A stretch of DNA of 64,000 nt from Pseudomonadota bacterium (GCA_043779795.1 JAYWDO010000007.1:18157-82156); one strand, 5' to 3'. Counted from the first letter of the stretch, positions 12,501-21,974 are shown. A program made the numbers and translations. Notes: a model not told the origin generated them from the letters alone.

Positions 12501-13564
12501 CGCCATATTGGTATCGATTACTCGGAGCAAAAGTTGGGCGCGATGCTGAAATCTCCACTGCACAAGGTGTAGTGCCAGACCTACTTACATTAGGTGATGA
12601 AAGCTTTATTGCCGATGGCGTCATGTTAGGCGATGAATCAATTGAAGGTGGCTGGATGCGTACTCAAGCAACCATCATTTCTAAACGTTGCTTTGTAGGC
12701 AATGGTGCGTATATCCCTGACGGGACGATTTTGCCTGAAAATGTACTTATCGGTGTTCACTCACGCGCGCCAAATAATGGTGTAATGCAGGACGGCGACA
12801 CTTGGTTAGGCTCACCTGCCATCAATCTGCCCGCACGAGAACAAGCTGCCGGCTTTGCCGAATCACTCACGTTTCGCCCTTCATTTTTACGCAGATTAGG
12901 CCGCGGCTTGGTGGAAGCCTTTCGCATCATTACACCACATGCGGTCATTATTGCGGTTGGCTACACAGTCGTACTAAACGCCATGCCCTACGCAGAAGCA
13001 GGCCGCTGGGGCGTAGTAGCCTTACATCTGAATATTGCAGGGCTGCTTTACGGCATAGGCGGCTTTATATTTATTGCATTACTTAAATGGCTGTTTATTT
13101 TTCGCTACAACAAGCGCTCACAACCCATGTGGACGCCCTTTGTTTGGCTATCAGAAGGTATCACCAATCTTTATGAAGGCCTTGTTGTGCCCAACTTTAT
13201 GCGTTATCTACGCGGCACGCCATGGTTACCAATCGCCTTCAACATGCTGGGCAGCCACATAGGCCGGGGCGTTTATCTGGACACCACCGATCTCACTGAG
13301 TTTGATTGCGTGACAATTGGCGATTACAGCGAACTCAACGCGCTTGTGTGTCCGCAAACACATCTGTTTGAAGACCGGATCATGAAAATTGACCACGTTA
13401 ACATAGGCAAACGCGTCTACATTGGGCCGCGCAGCACAGTACTTTACAGTGCTTTTGTCGCAGATAACGTGAAGCTCGGCCCATTAACGCTGGTAATGAA
13501 AGGTGAAAGCATTCCTGCCAACTCCCGCTGGTGGGGCAGTCCGGCGATACCGGTTAGAAATTAA
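9560..13564 (+). CDS. Pls/PosA-family membrane-bound single-module NRPS (A-T plus three TM/LbH-like repeats)
   Basis: A-domain cores YTSGSTGKPKG, NTYGPTE, GELCISGPGVAMGYL, YRTGDL, QVKIRGFRVELGEIE, SGKIDRK; T domain LGGHSLL; three repeats of TM pair + R/NxLGAxIG + beta-helix; C-terminal QTHLFEDR. Start 9560 (ATG) preferred to 9527 (TTG). Confidence 0.92.
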   Translation: MSTPNIIDATSSLLFGPIRADLIRTETLADIFEASAKLHPQHTALIFEERSVSYSQLNELSDIAASRLIEDGILPGQIVGLWLPRGINLLVMQLSIAKAGAAWLPFDADTPIDRIEICLSDANAAGLVSCDAFLPKLQELSAKSWVAEQLFLPTQAPRTRRSGLLPEHPAYVIYTSGSTGKPKGIQINQGAICHFLRSENSQLGIQKSDRVYQGFSVAFDMSFEEIWISYLVGATLWIAPKEIATDPEALPLALIEHQITVLHAVPTLLALFSKDLPNLRIINLGGEACPETLANRWARSERKLFNTYGPTEATVSASLAELHAGEQVTIGRPLPNYVLLVIDPEPTHSLRLLPRGETGELCISGPGVAMGYLGRPDLTAEKFISNPFTIGLHDKRLYRTGDLARIDEAGNVQCLGRTDDQVKIRGFRVELGEIEATLCQQPNIGTAAVILRKDDDIERLIAYLITEDKSVPILTDLRAALAETLPPYMVPSHFEALQEMPRLTSGKIDRKALRALPLKIVSACNDDADTPENLAEEVLFAELAKLFPGQAILREADFFSGLGGHSLLAARLASALRNTPQFSSFTVRDIYQHRQIGKIAEILNDIPIELPPAEPTWIPPSTYKRWLCGTAQAFLVPGLVLLRMSQWLASFFTYHFFTGDPSDSIAEAMAATVGIFLLATALSFAVAIAGKWLIAGRLKAGRYPLWGVTYFRWWLADRLIEGAPLYMLGGSTLYVWWLRALGAKIGKEVNIGSLTLRAHDLLSIADGVSIGNAVNLENARVEHGELILGHIILAEEACIDSYAVLEGNTSVGKYGHVEGLSALSDGMQVPPARIWSGSPARDIGAFDVTAQAPRPAVTSVRLFSESLFFIFGVLATAMLFFIPVFPSMVLIDWVDENSSWLDHSDTALQLFKYFALAFPATAVLIICTALISAGLRWAVLMRLKAGRWPVHSNVYCRRWLVNQIQESSLNILHGVYATVYAPYWYRLLGAKVGRDAEISTAQGVVPDLLTLGDESFIADGVMLGDESIEGGWMRTQATIISKRCFVGNGAYIPDGTILPENVLIGVHSRAPNNGVMQDGDTWLGSPAINLPAREQAAGFAESLTFRPSFLRRLGRGLVEAFRIITPHAVIIAVGYTVVLNAMPYAEAGRWGVVALHLNIAGLLYGIGGFIFIALLKWLFIFRYNKRSQPMWTPFVWLSEGITNLYEGLVVPNFMRYLRGTPWLPIAFNMLGSHIGRGVYLDTTDLTEFDCVTIGDYSELNALVCPQTHLFEDRIMKIDHVNIGKRVYIGPRSTVLYSAFVADNVKLGPLTLVMKGESIPANSRWWGSPAIPVRN

Positions 13565-13566
13565 AG

Positions 13567-14154
13567 ATGCAGTCAGCGCTTACCGTTCACGATTGGCCAA
13601 CTTCGGTAAATCAGCTAAAGTTGGACGAAGGTTTGCTCGTGATTGCCTTGCTAACCTCACCAAAAACTAGTCGCTCCGAAGCACGCCTGCAAATTCGAGA
13701 AACATTACACAAGGTGTTAGCGATGCTTTTAAAATGCGATGTTGGGGAAGTCCAATTACTTTCCCAGCAGGGAAAACCGCTCACGCTTTTGAATCCAGCA
13801 CTTGATATTGGACTTTCTATCAGCCATGAAATTGGATTGTCGCTGGCAGCCATCAACATGAACGGCGCAGTGGGTATAGATTTAATATCGCTAAACAACA
13901 TGCCAGCCTTGAAAGAAATTCATACCCTTGCCACCGACTATCTAGGCAGTACAATTGCACAACAACTTGCCAGCTTATCAGCCAATCTACAAACTAATGC
14001 TTTTGCTAAAGCATGGACAGCATTTGAATCCAGATTGAAGTGTGGTGATATTGCATTAACTGAGTGGAATCAAGCAGCAGAAATACACCTAGCTCAATAC
14101 ACTTACAAGGATTTAATGCTACCTGATGGCTACATTGGGACCGTCGCATTCTAA
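13567..14154 (+). CDS. 4'-phosphopantetheinyl transferase (Sfp-like, divergent)
   Basis: GKP, LSISH, VGIDL, FAKAWTAFESRLKC; starts 2 nt after the NRPS stop. Confidence 0.85.
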   Translation: MQSALTVHDWPTSVNQLKLDEGLLVIALLTSPKTSRSEARLQIRETLHKVLAMLLKCDVGEVQLLSQQGKPLTLLNPALDIGLSISHEIGLSLAAINMNGAVGIDLISLNNMPALKEIHTLATDYLGSTIAQQLASLSANLQTNAFAKAWTAFESRLKCGDIALTEWNQAAEIHLAQYTYKDLMLPDGYIGTVAF

Positions 14155-14224
14155 GTCGAGTTTTAAAGTTTAACCAACGACAACAATAGCGGCATACTCT
14201 TGCTGATTGCTTTAAACTGCATCA

Positions 14225-15081
14225 ATGAAATTATCACGCCATTTAGTTTTAATCGCTTTCGCTAGTGCACTTTGCTTATCGTTATTGACAACACAAGGTA
14301 TCGCCCAGCAAAATACTTCCGAGGTGTTGCTTGCGCAAGTTTACCAACGCGGCATTGATGTGCAGCAATATTTGGTAAGTGAAAAGTTTGATGGCGTGCG
14401 CGCCGTGTGGGATGGCAGTACATTTCACACGCGCACAGGTCGAGTTATAGCAGCGCCAGCATGGTTTACGAAAGGCCTGCCAACTACGCCACTAGATGGT
14501 GAGCTTTGGCTTGGTCGCGGCAAGTTTGATGCCCTTTCTGGCGCGGTACGAAAAGATATACCGATAGACGAAGAATGGCGCGGCATTTCGTACCTTGTAT
14601 TTGAATTACCAAATGCACCAGGCACTTTTCAAGCACGCGCAAAACGAATTACTGAAATCGTCAAAAAGGCGAATCTTCGTCAGCTAAAAGCCGTGAAGCA
14701 ATACCACATCAATGACGAAGCAGCACTAAATGCACAACTTCAAATAGTGTTGCACAAGGTGGCGAAGGCTTGATGCTGCATAAAGCAAATGCGCTTTATG
14801 TGACTGGGCGTAGCGATGTGCTACTTAAATTAAAATTGTTATACGATGCTGAGGCAACAGTGGTGGGACATGCGATAGGCCGTGGCAAATACGCCGGAAA
14901 ACTCGGAGCCTTAGAAGTTGAAACCCCCGAAGGCATCCGCTTCAAACTTGGTACTGGATTCACTGATGCACAACGAGAAAATCCGCCAAAAATTGGTAGC
15001 ATCGTTACCTACACCTATCGCGACAAAACAATTAAAGGTAAGCCAAAATTTGCCAGTTTTTTGAGAGTACGTAATGAATAA
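14225..15081 (+). pseudogene. Periplasmic minimal ATP-dependent DNA ligase (Lig E type), split by a 1-nt frameshift near 14745-14752
   Basis: Signal-peptide-like N-terminus and SEKFDGVRA (motif I) in ORF 14225-14773; AQGGEGLMLH (motif IV), LLKLK, GKYAGKLGAL, GTGFTD and PKFASFLRVR continue in another frame to 15081. Confidence 0.85.
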
Positions 15082-15160
15082 CACTAAAAACACATAGCCT
15101 GTGACCCTTATGGATACTGGCTCTTAGGGCATGTGCTTTTCACCATATTAGTGAGTCATT

Positions 15161-15195
15161 GGCGTGCAAAACAAGCCGTTTTGCACGCCCAATAC
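15161..15195 (-). repeat. REP-like palindrome / hairpin between convergent genes
   Basis: GGCGTGCAAAAC-AAGCC-GTTTTGCACGCC; the minus strand reads GTATTGGGCGTGCAAAA, similar to the element at 49326-49355. Confidence 0.6.
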
Positions 15196-15201
15196 TGCAA
15201 A

Positions 15202-16302
15202 TCAAAGATTAAATTTAATGCCGCTGGAAGCCGCATGGATACTGGCTTGCAGAGCAGCACAATTCGCCTTTGCATCAGAAAAATCTAACAACGGCGCTTT
15301 ATCATTTAGCACACAATCAGCAAAATGCTCAATCTCTAAATTAAAGTGGTTACTTGGTGCAAAGCGTTCTTCGGCGTATTTTCCATCTTCTAACGCCCAT
15401 GAAATCACCGGTACATCATTTTGAAACACCCAAGCGGCATGGCATTTTATCCAGCCTTTTGTGCCGATGATTTCATATTCTGATTTGCGTGAGCGCTCAA
15501 AACTAACATCAAAATGGCCGAATCTGGCACGTCCTTCGCGATCATTACCAAAGTCTAATATGCCGCTGGTGACAATATCTGCACCAGCCTCGTTAAATTT
15601 GGCGTGCGCTGTTACTGTTATTGGTTCTGCTGGCTTGCCGTATTGCGTAGTATTACTTAATCCACCGTGATTTGAACCACCGTTAATTAAACCCATCGCC
15701 CAACGTAAAGTATGTATTGCGTAAGGGCCAATATCCCACATGGCACCGCCGCCTTGTTCAACTCCGCTAGCAATGCGGTACATACGCGCAGGTTTCATTA
15801 AAAACGAATAACTGGCGCGAACAGATAATACATCGCCAATTAAGCCAGATTCCACAAGTTCTTTTACCCGCACATGTTGCGGATGAAAGCGGTACATAAA
15901 GCCTTCCATTACTTTAACGTTGTTTTTAATGGCTGCATTTTCAATGGCTTCAATATCTGCCATGGTTAAGGCCATAGGCTTTTCAATCAACACATGCTTG
16001 CCTGCGTTGATGGCTTTAAGCGCCCATTTCACATGCTCATTATTGGCCATTGGGCAATAGATGGCTTGCACATTGACATCATTAATCAGCGCATCTAAAT
16101 CATCGTAACAGGCAACGTTAGCGTGGCATGGCGCATATTTATCTAAAGTAGTTTTAGCTGCGCCAGTACGACGACTACCGATAGCGACTAATGTAGAATT
16201 CCGCGCTTCAATAATTGCTGGGAGCAGGCGCTCATTAACACGCGCAGCGCCTAAAATACCCCAGTTGAGTTTTTTACCAGTCACTTTATTATCGTTTGTC
16301 AT
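15202..16302 (-). CDS. Gfo/Idh/MocA family oxidoreductase
   Basis: WGILGAA Rossmann start, AGKHVLIEKP, EGFMYRFHPQ, GGGAMWDIGPY. Confidence 0.92.
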   Translation of the reverse strand: MTNDNKVTGKKLNWGILGAARVNERLLPAIIEARNSTLVAIGSRRTGAAKTTLDKYAPCHANVACYDDLDALINDVNVQAIYCPMANNEHVKWALKAINAGKHVLIEKPMALTMADIEAIENAAIKNNVKVMEGFMYRFHPQHVRVKELVESGLIGDVLSVRASYSFLMKPARMYRIASGVEQGGGAMWDIGPYAIHTLRWAMGLINGGSNHGGLSNTTQYGKPAEPITVTAHAKFNEAGADIVTSGILDFGNDREGRARFGHFDVSFERSRKSEYEIIGTKGWIKCHAAWVFQNDVPVISWALEDGKYAEERFAPSNHFNLEIEHFADCVLNDKAPLLDFSDAKANCAALQASIHAASSGIKFNL

Positions 16303-16325
16303 TCACACACTCTTAATATAAATTT

Positions 16326-16892
16326 TTAAATTGATTCTTGAGCAAACCATTTAATGCTGCAACCTATACTAGAAAATTGCTCTTTAGGGCCTTCTTGCGT
16401 TTTTGCAATCATTTTCATGGCGTTAAATAAATCGCGTTGATTGCCTACCAGCGGCTCACTTCGGCCTGCGGCATCAAATCGACCACGATATTGCATCTCT
16501 AAATTAGCATTAAAGCCAAAAAAATCTGGCGTGCAAATTGCGCCATAAGCTTTTGCAACTTCTTGTGTGTCATCTAAAACATAAGGAAATGGAAAGTTAA
16601 ACAACCGCGCTTCTTCCACCATACGTTCATAAGAATCAGCAGGATAGTTTTCGGTATCGTTACTTTGAATGGCAATGGTGTTGATGCCATATTGCAGTAA
16701 CTCGCGGCAATCTGCTACTAAGCGTGTTTTAATGGCTTTTACGTAAGGGCAATGATTGCAGATAAACATCACCAACAGCCCGTTTTTACCCGCACTATTA
16801 GCCAAAGAATAACGCTGGCCATCTACACCAAGTAAATCAAAGTCAGCAGCGCGTTGACCAAAATTGCAAACAGGGGGATTTAAGCTAGCCAT
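16326..16892 (-). CDS. Thioredoxin-fold AhpC/TSA (redoxin) family protein
   Basis: MFICNHCPYV, YGAICTPDFF, YRGRFD, SIGCSIKW. Confidence 0.9.
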   Translation of the reverse strand: MASLNPPVCNFGQRAADFDLLGVDGQRYSLANSAGKNGLLVMFICNHCPYVKAIKTRLVADCRELLQYGINTIAIQSNDTENYPADSYERMVEEARLFNFPFPYVLDDTQEVAKAYGAICTPDFFGFNANLEMQYRGRFDAAGRSEPLVGNQRDLFNAMKMIAKTQEGPKEQFSSIGCSIKWFAQESI

Positions 16893-17053
16893 TTTTTTCT
16901 CCTTAATCTAGTTATACTTATTTATCGGTCTAATTATTTGCTGTCTTAACTGGTTTGCCATTTTTTTGTAAGGCATAATCTACAAGACCATGTTAACGTT
17001 TATATTATCACTTTTATTTTCACATTTCTCTTTCATTTTGAGACAATCCATTC

Positions 17054-17788
17054 ATGGCGAATCTGCGCTTTTATACAAATTATCCTTTAGCCTTGGGCGT
17101 TACAGTTCAACTTTCAGAAAGCGCTGCCGCACATGCCACACGCGCCTTACGTTTAAATGTGGGTGATAGCGCCATTGTATTTAATGGCGATGGCTTTGAT
17201 TATGACAGTGAATTGACTTCAATTAAAAAAAACACCGTCTTTGCAATCATCACCGCAGCCAATAAAATCAATAATGAATCGCCACTGCGCATTACTTTGT
17301 TACAAGCAATCTCTAGTGGCGACCGTATGGATTTAACCATTCAAAAAGCCGTGGAACTTGGTGTGACGCATATTCAGCCAATTTCAAGTCAGCGCAGTGT
17401 GGTAAAACTATCGGCAGAACGTGCAGAAAAACGTACTGAACATTGGCAAAATATTGCCATTTCTGCTTGCGAGCAATCTGGTCGCGCCATAGTACCAAAG
17501 GTAGATGCGCCACTAAGTTTACAGCAGTGGCTGATAGCGAATCCACAAAACAACGCAACGCGCATTCTACTTAACCCTGTAGGTGCGGTGCGGCTTGCAG
17601 AAGTCGCGAAACCTAGCAAAGAAACGCAATTGCTCATAGGCGCAGAAGGTGGCTTGGCGCAACATGAAATTGACTTAGCCTGCAGCCACGGCTTTCAATC
17701 AATTGTGCTAGGGCCAAGAATCTTACGCACAGAAACCGCGGCGCTCACCACGATTGCCGCCATGCAAACCTTGTGGGGTGATTTTTAA
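17054..17788 (+). CDS. rsmE: 16S rRNA m3U1498 methyltransferase
   Basis: IQKAVELGV, ACEQSGR, IGAEGGL, LGPRILRTETA. Confidence 0.96.
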   Translation: MANLRFYTNYPLALGVTVQLSESAAAHATRALRLNVGDSAIVFNGDGFDYDSELTSIKKNTVFAIITAANKINNESPLRITLLQAISSGDRMDLTIQKAVELGVTHIQPISSQRSVVKLSAERAEKRTEHWQNIAISACEQSGRAIVPKVDAPLSLQQWLIANPQNNATRILLNPVGAVRLAEVAKPSKETQLLIGAEGGLAQHEIDLACSHGFQSIVLGPRILRTETAALTTIAAMQTLWGDF

Positions 17789-17808
17789 TGGAGTTAGCTC
17801 TCAAATTA

Positions 17809-17856
17809 ATTTGTATTTTTAACATTTAAAATATATGATTTGTATTTATTACATTT
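17809..17856 (+). promoter_or_regulatory. argA sigma70 promoter overlapped by two palindromic operator-like boxes
   Basis: -35 TTGTAT (17811-16), 17-nt spacer, -10 TATGAT (17834-39); boxes ATTTGTATTTTTAACATTT (17809-27) and ATTTGTATTTATTACATTT (17838-56), core TGTA-N5-(T/A)ACA. Confidence 0.65.
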
Positions 17857-17887
17857 TAATGATTTAAATTGTTAGGTTACTATTAAT

Positions 17888-19507
17888 ATGTCACTTGGTT
17901 TATCTATCAGAAATAGGCGGAAATCGCTGAATATCACACTGCAAACGATCGCTAGTTTAGTGAGCGCTGATGCAGGTAATTTGTCTCGCATAGAGCGTGG
18001 TGAACTTGGTGTATCTGAAGCTCTACTACGTAAAATTGCCGAAGCCCTAAACTGCACACCCGCGTACCTTTATACGCAAAGCGATATTTCTCAAAGAACA
18101 TTAAGCGCACAAGAAAGTCGCCAGCCTCATCTGGCAATACTGCAGCAAACCGAGGCCACGAGCCAATCAAGCCCAAAAGACTTTGTGCAATGGTTTAGAT
18201 CTGCCGCGCCTTATATTCACGCTTTTGGCGGACGCACCTTTGTGATTGCCTTTGGTGGCGAGGTGGTCGATCAGAAACAATTCGTGGCTTTATCACACGA
18301 CTTAAACTTGCTCGCCAGCCTTGAAGTGAGGCTGGTATTGGTGCATGGCGCGCGTCCACAAATTGAAAAGCGGCTGCGTCGCGATAAACTTTCGCCTAAA
18401 TTTGCGAATGGTTTACGTGTGACTGACGATGCTGCGATGGAGGCGGTTAAAGAAGCCAATGGTGTGATTCAGGTAGAAATCGAAGCGCTACTTTCTATGG
18501 GCTTGGTCAATTCACCGATGGCAGGCTCTGATATTCGCGTAGCGAGTGGTAACTTTGTGACCGCCAAACCAATGGGCGTGCGTGATGGCGTTGATTTACA
18601 ACACACCGGTGAAGTGCGCAGAGTAGATGCCGTTGGCATACAAAAGCGTTTAGATGACGGTGAACTAGTAATGCTGTCACCGCTCGGCTATTCGCCTACA
18701 GGCGAGGCTTTTAACCTAAGTTTAGAAGATGTAGCGGTAAGCGCGGCGATTGCTCTGGATGCTGACAAACTTATTTTCTTAATGGATTCTGAAGGCGTGC
18801 ATAACTTACGCGGTGAACTATTGCGAGAGATGACGGCAGAAAAAGCAAAAAACTTACTGAAAAATATACAGAACCGCGAAGAGGAAAACGAACAGGCGAT
18901 TAATATTTCTGAAGATATTAGCTACTACCTGCCAGCCGCAGTGCGGGCTTGTGAGCATGGCGTGGCTCGTACACATCTCATTTCTCGCCACATTGATGGT
19001 GCCATTATCCAAGAGTTATTTACGCTAAATGGCATTGGTACTATGGTGACTGAGTTAAGCCTAGAAAGCATGCGCCAAGCCAATATTGACGATATGGGCG
19101 GCATTTTAAAGTTAATAGAACCGCTAGAAGCAGAAGGCTTTTTAGTGCGGCGTGGGCGCGAACATATTGAAATGGAAATCAACCACTTTTATGTAATGGA
19201 GCATGGTAATCGCATTATCGGTTGCGCTGCACTTTATCCATTTACGGCAGAACATACCGCTGAGTTTGCTTGCTTAGCGATTGACCCTGCTTACAGAGGC
19301 AGCGGACGGGGCGACAGATTGTTTTACTTCTGTGCAGCACAAGCCAAAGAATTAGGCTTTAAGAGCTTGTTTTGCCTGACTACAAGAACTGGACATTGGT
19401 TTTTAGAGCGCGGATTTTTCGAACAAAGTGTTGGAAATTTACCAATGGAAAAACAAAAACTTTACAATTTTCAGCGTAAATCTAAGGTCTTTAGCAAAAC
19501 GCTGTAA
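17888..19507 (+). CDS. argA: N-acetylglutamate synthase with an N-terminal XRE/Cro-CI helix-turn-helix fusion
   Basis: aa 1-65 HTH (IRNRRKSLNITLQTIASLVSADAGNLSRIERG); Gln/Ser linker; AAK domain from FVQWFRSAAPYIH (VLVHGARPQI, ELFTLNGIGT); C-terminal GNAT (EFACLAIDPAYRGSGRG, LTTRTGHWFLERGF); single continuous frame. Confidence 0.95.
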   Translation: MSLGLSIRNRRKSLNITLQTIASLVSADAGNLSRIERGELGVSEALLRKIAEALNCTPAYLYTQSDISQRTLSAQESRQPHLAILQQTEATSQSSPKDFVQWFRSAAPYIHAFGGRTFVIAFGGEVVDQKQFVALSHDLNLLASLEVRLVLVHGARPQIEKRLRRDKLSPKFANGLRVTDDAAMEAVKEANGVIQVEIEALLSMGLVNSPMAGSDIRVASGNFVTAKPMGVRDGVDLQHTGEVRRVDAVGIQKRLDDGELVMLSPLGYSPTGEAFNLSLEDVAVSAAIALDADKLIFLMDSEGVHNLRGELLREMTAEKAKNLLKNIQNREEENEQAINISEDISYYLPAAVRACEHGVARTHLISRHIDGAIIQELFTLNGIGTMVTELSLESMRQANIDDMGGILKLIEPLEAEGFLVRRGREHIEMEINHFYVMEHGNRIIGCAALYPFTAEHTAEFACLAIDPAYRGSGRGDRLFYFCAAQAKELGFKSLFCLTTRTGHWFLERGFFEQSVGNLPMEKQKLYNFQRKSKVFSKTL

Positions 19508-19571
19508 GCTAATTTTAGATACAATTACACAAAGTAATTGTCACAAGTATTTACCATAGCTAAACATTTAA

Positions 19572-20474
<903 letters not shown>

Positions 20475-20475
20475 T

Positions 20476-21120
20476 TTGCTTTTAAGTAACAAAACTAAAA
20501 TTTGGATATTTGATCTAGACGATACTCTGCACAACGCGTCCGCACACATTTTTCCTGTGATGAATCGCGCCATGACTCAATACATCATGGATACACTAGA
20601 CTTAGATGAAGCTAGTGCCTATAAAATGCGCCAACATTATTGGCGCATTTATGGTGCAACCCTTAAAGGATTAATGCGCCATCATGGCACTGATCCTTAT
20701 CACTTTTTGCTTGAAACACACCGGCTGATGGATTTACCAGAAATGGTGATTCAAGTGAAGCGTTTGCGACACCTTCTGCAATGCCTCTCCGGGCGTAAGC
20801 TAGTATTCACTAATGCACCACGTGAATATGCAGTACGCGTGCTTGAAATTATGGGGATTTCTGATTGTTTTGAATTGATATTCAGCGTTGAGTCCACAAA
20901 GTTTCACGCAAAACCTTCAGTACGCAGCTTTCAAATGCTACTCAAAACAATCAAAGTAAAAGCCAGTGATTGTGTAATGTTGGAAGATAATCTACCGGCA
21001 CTAATGACCGCTAAACGGCTAGGCATGAAAACAATTTGGATCACAAAGCAGTTAAGAAAACCAAATTTTGTTGATTATCGACTGGGTGGGGTGTTAGCAC
21101 TCACTCACATTAAGCTATAA
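20476..21120 (+). CDS. Pyrimidine 5'-nucleotidase (HAD family)
   Basis: WIFDLDDTLH, YGATLKGL, FTNAP, KP, EDN; usual argB-slmA neighbour. Confidence 0.88.
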   Translation: MLLSNKTKIWIFDLDDTLHNASAHIFPVMNRAMTQYIMDTLDLDEASAYKMRQHYWRIYGATLKGLMRHHGTDPYHFLLETHRLMDLPEMVIQVKRLRHLLQCLSGRKLVFTNAPREYAVRVLEIMGISDCFELIFSVESTKFHAKPSVRSFQMLLKTIKVKASDCVMLEDNLPALMTAKRLGMKTIWITKQLRKPNFVDYRLGGVLALTHIKL

Positions 21121-21149
21121 TCAAATTATTATTTGTAAGGAAAATAAAA

Positions 21150-21713
21150 ATGGCAGGCGAACGCAAACAACAAATTTTAGAAACACTAGCAAAAATGCTG
21201 GAAACACCCAAACGTGAGAAAATTACCACGGCCTCGCTTGCTGCAAAACTGGAGGTAAGTGAAGCTGCACTTTACCGCCACTTTGCCAACAAAGCACAAA
21301 TGTTTGAAGGTCTCATCATGTTTATTGAGGAGACTATTTTTGGTTTAATCAATAAAATTAGCGTCGAAGAAACAGAGGGTCTAAGACAAGTACAGCGCAT
21401 TATCACCATGCTATTAGTGTTTGCTGAAAAAAATCCAGGCATGACACGCGTATTGATTGGTGATGCATTAGTCAATGAAGACGAAAAACTGCAACAACGC
21501 ATCAACCAGCTTTACGACCGCATTGAAGTTACCCTCAAACAAAGCTTACGAATTGCCGAGACACAAACCGCAAGCAAAGGCAACGCCGAAGCACAAGCCA
21601 ACTTGATGGTGTGTTATGTTTTAGGACGTTGGCACCAATTTGCAAAAAGTGGCTTTAAACGAAAGCCAACAGAATTTGTCCAACAGCAACTAACAACGTT
21701 TATTAACAGTTAA
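21150..21713 (+). CDS. slmA: Nucleoid occlusion factor SlmA (TetR family)
   Basis: ITTASLAAKLEVSEAALYRHF, FAEKNPGMTRVLIGDAL. Confidence 0.93.
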   Translation: MAGERKQQILETLAKMLETPKREKITTASLAAKLEVSEAALYRHFANKAQMFEGLIMFIEETIFGLINKISVEETEGLRQVQRIITMLLVFAEKNPGMTRVLIGDALVNEDEKLQQRINQLYDRIEVTLKQSLRIAETQTASKGNAEAQANLMVCYVLGRWHQFAKSGFKRKPTEFVQQQLTTFINS

Positions 21714-21752
21714 TTAGTGCGTTAGATTAGCTTAAATATACTGGAGAAAATC

Positions 21753-21974
21753 TTGCAAGGTACAATATTTGGTTTTACAGAAGCGCAGATTACTGAGTTT
21801 GGCATGACCTACGGTGTAGGCGCGTTAATGCTGTTGATGATATTTATTGTAGGCCATCTAGCTTGGGAATCTAAGGCTGGGAAGTTTGGCACTTTTGCTC
21901 TATTTCTAGGCCTTACTTTTGGCATGGTGGGCTACGCAGCGAAATATATTATTAAATTAAAGCTGGGGATTTAA
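21753..21974 (+). CDS. DUF2788-type small membrane protein
   Basis: FIVGHLAWESKAGKFGTF motif, two TM helices, GGAG RBS. Confidence 0.82.
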   Translation: MQGTIFGFTEAQITEFGMTYGVGALMLLMIFIVGHLAWESKAGKFGTFALFLGLTFGMVGYAAKYIIKLKLGI

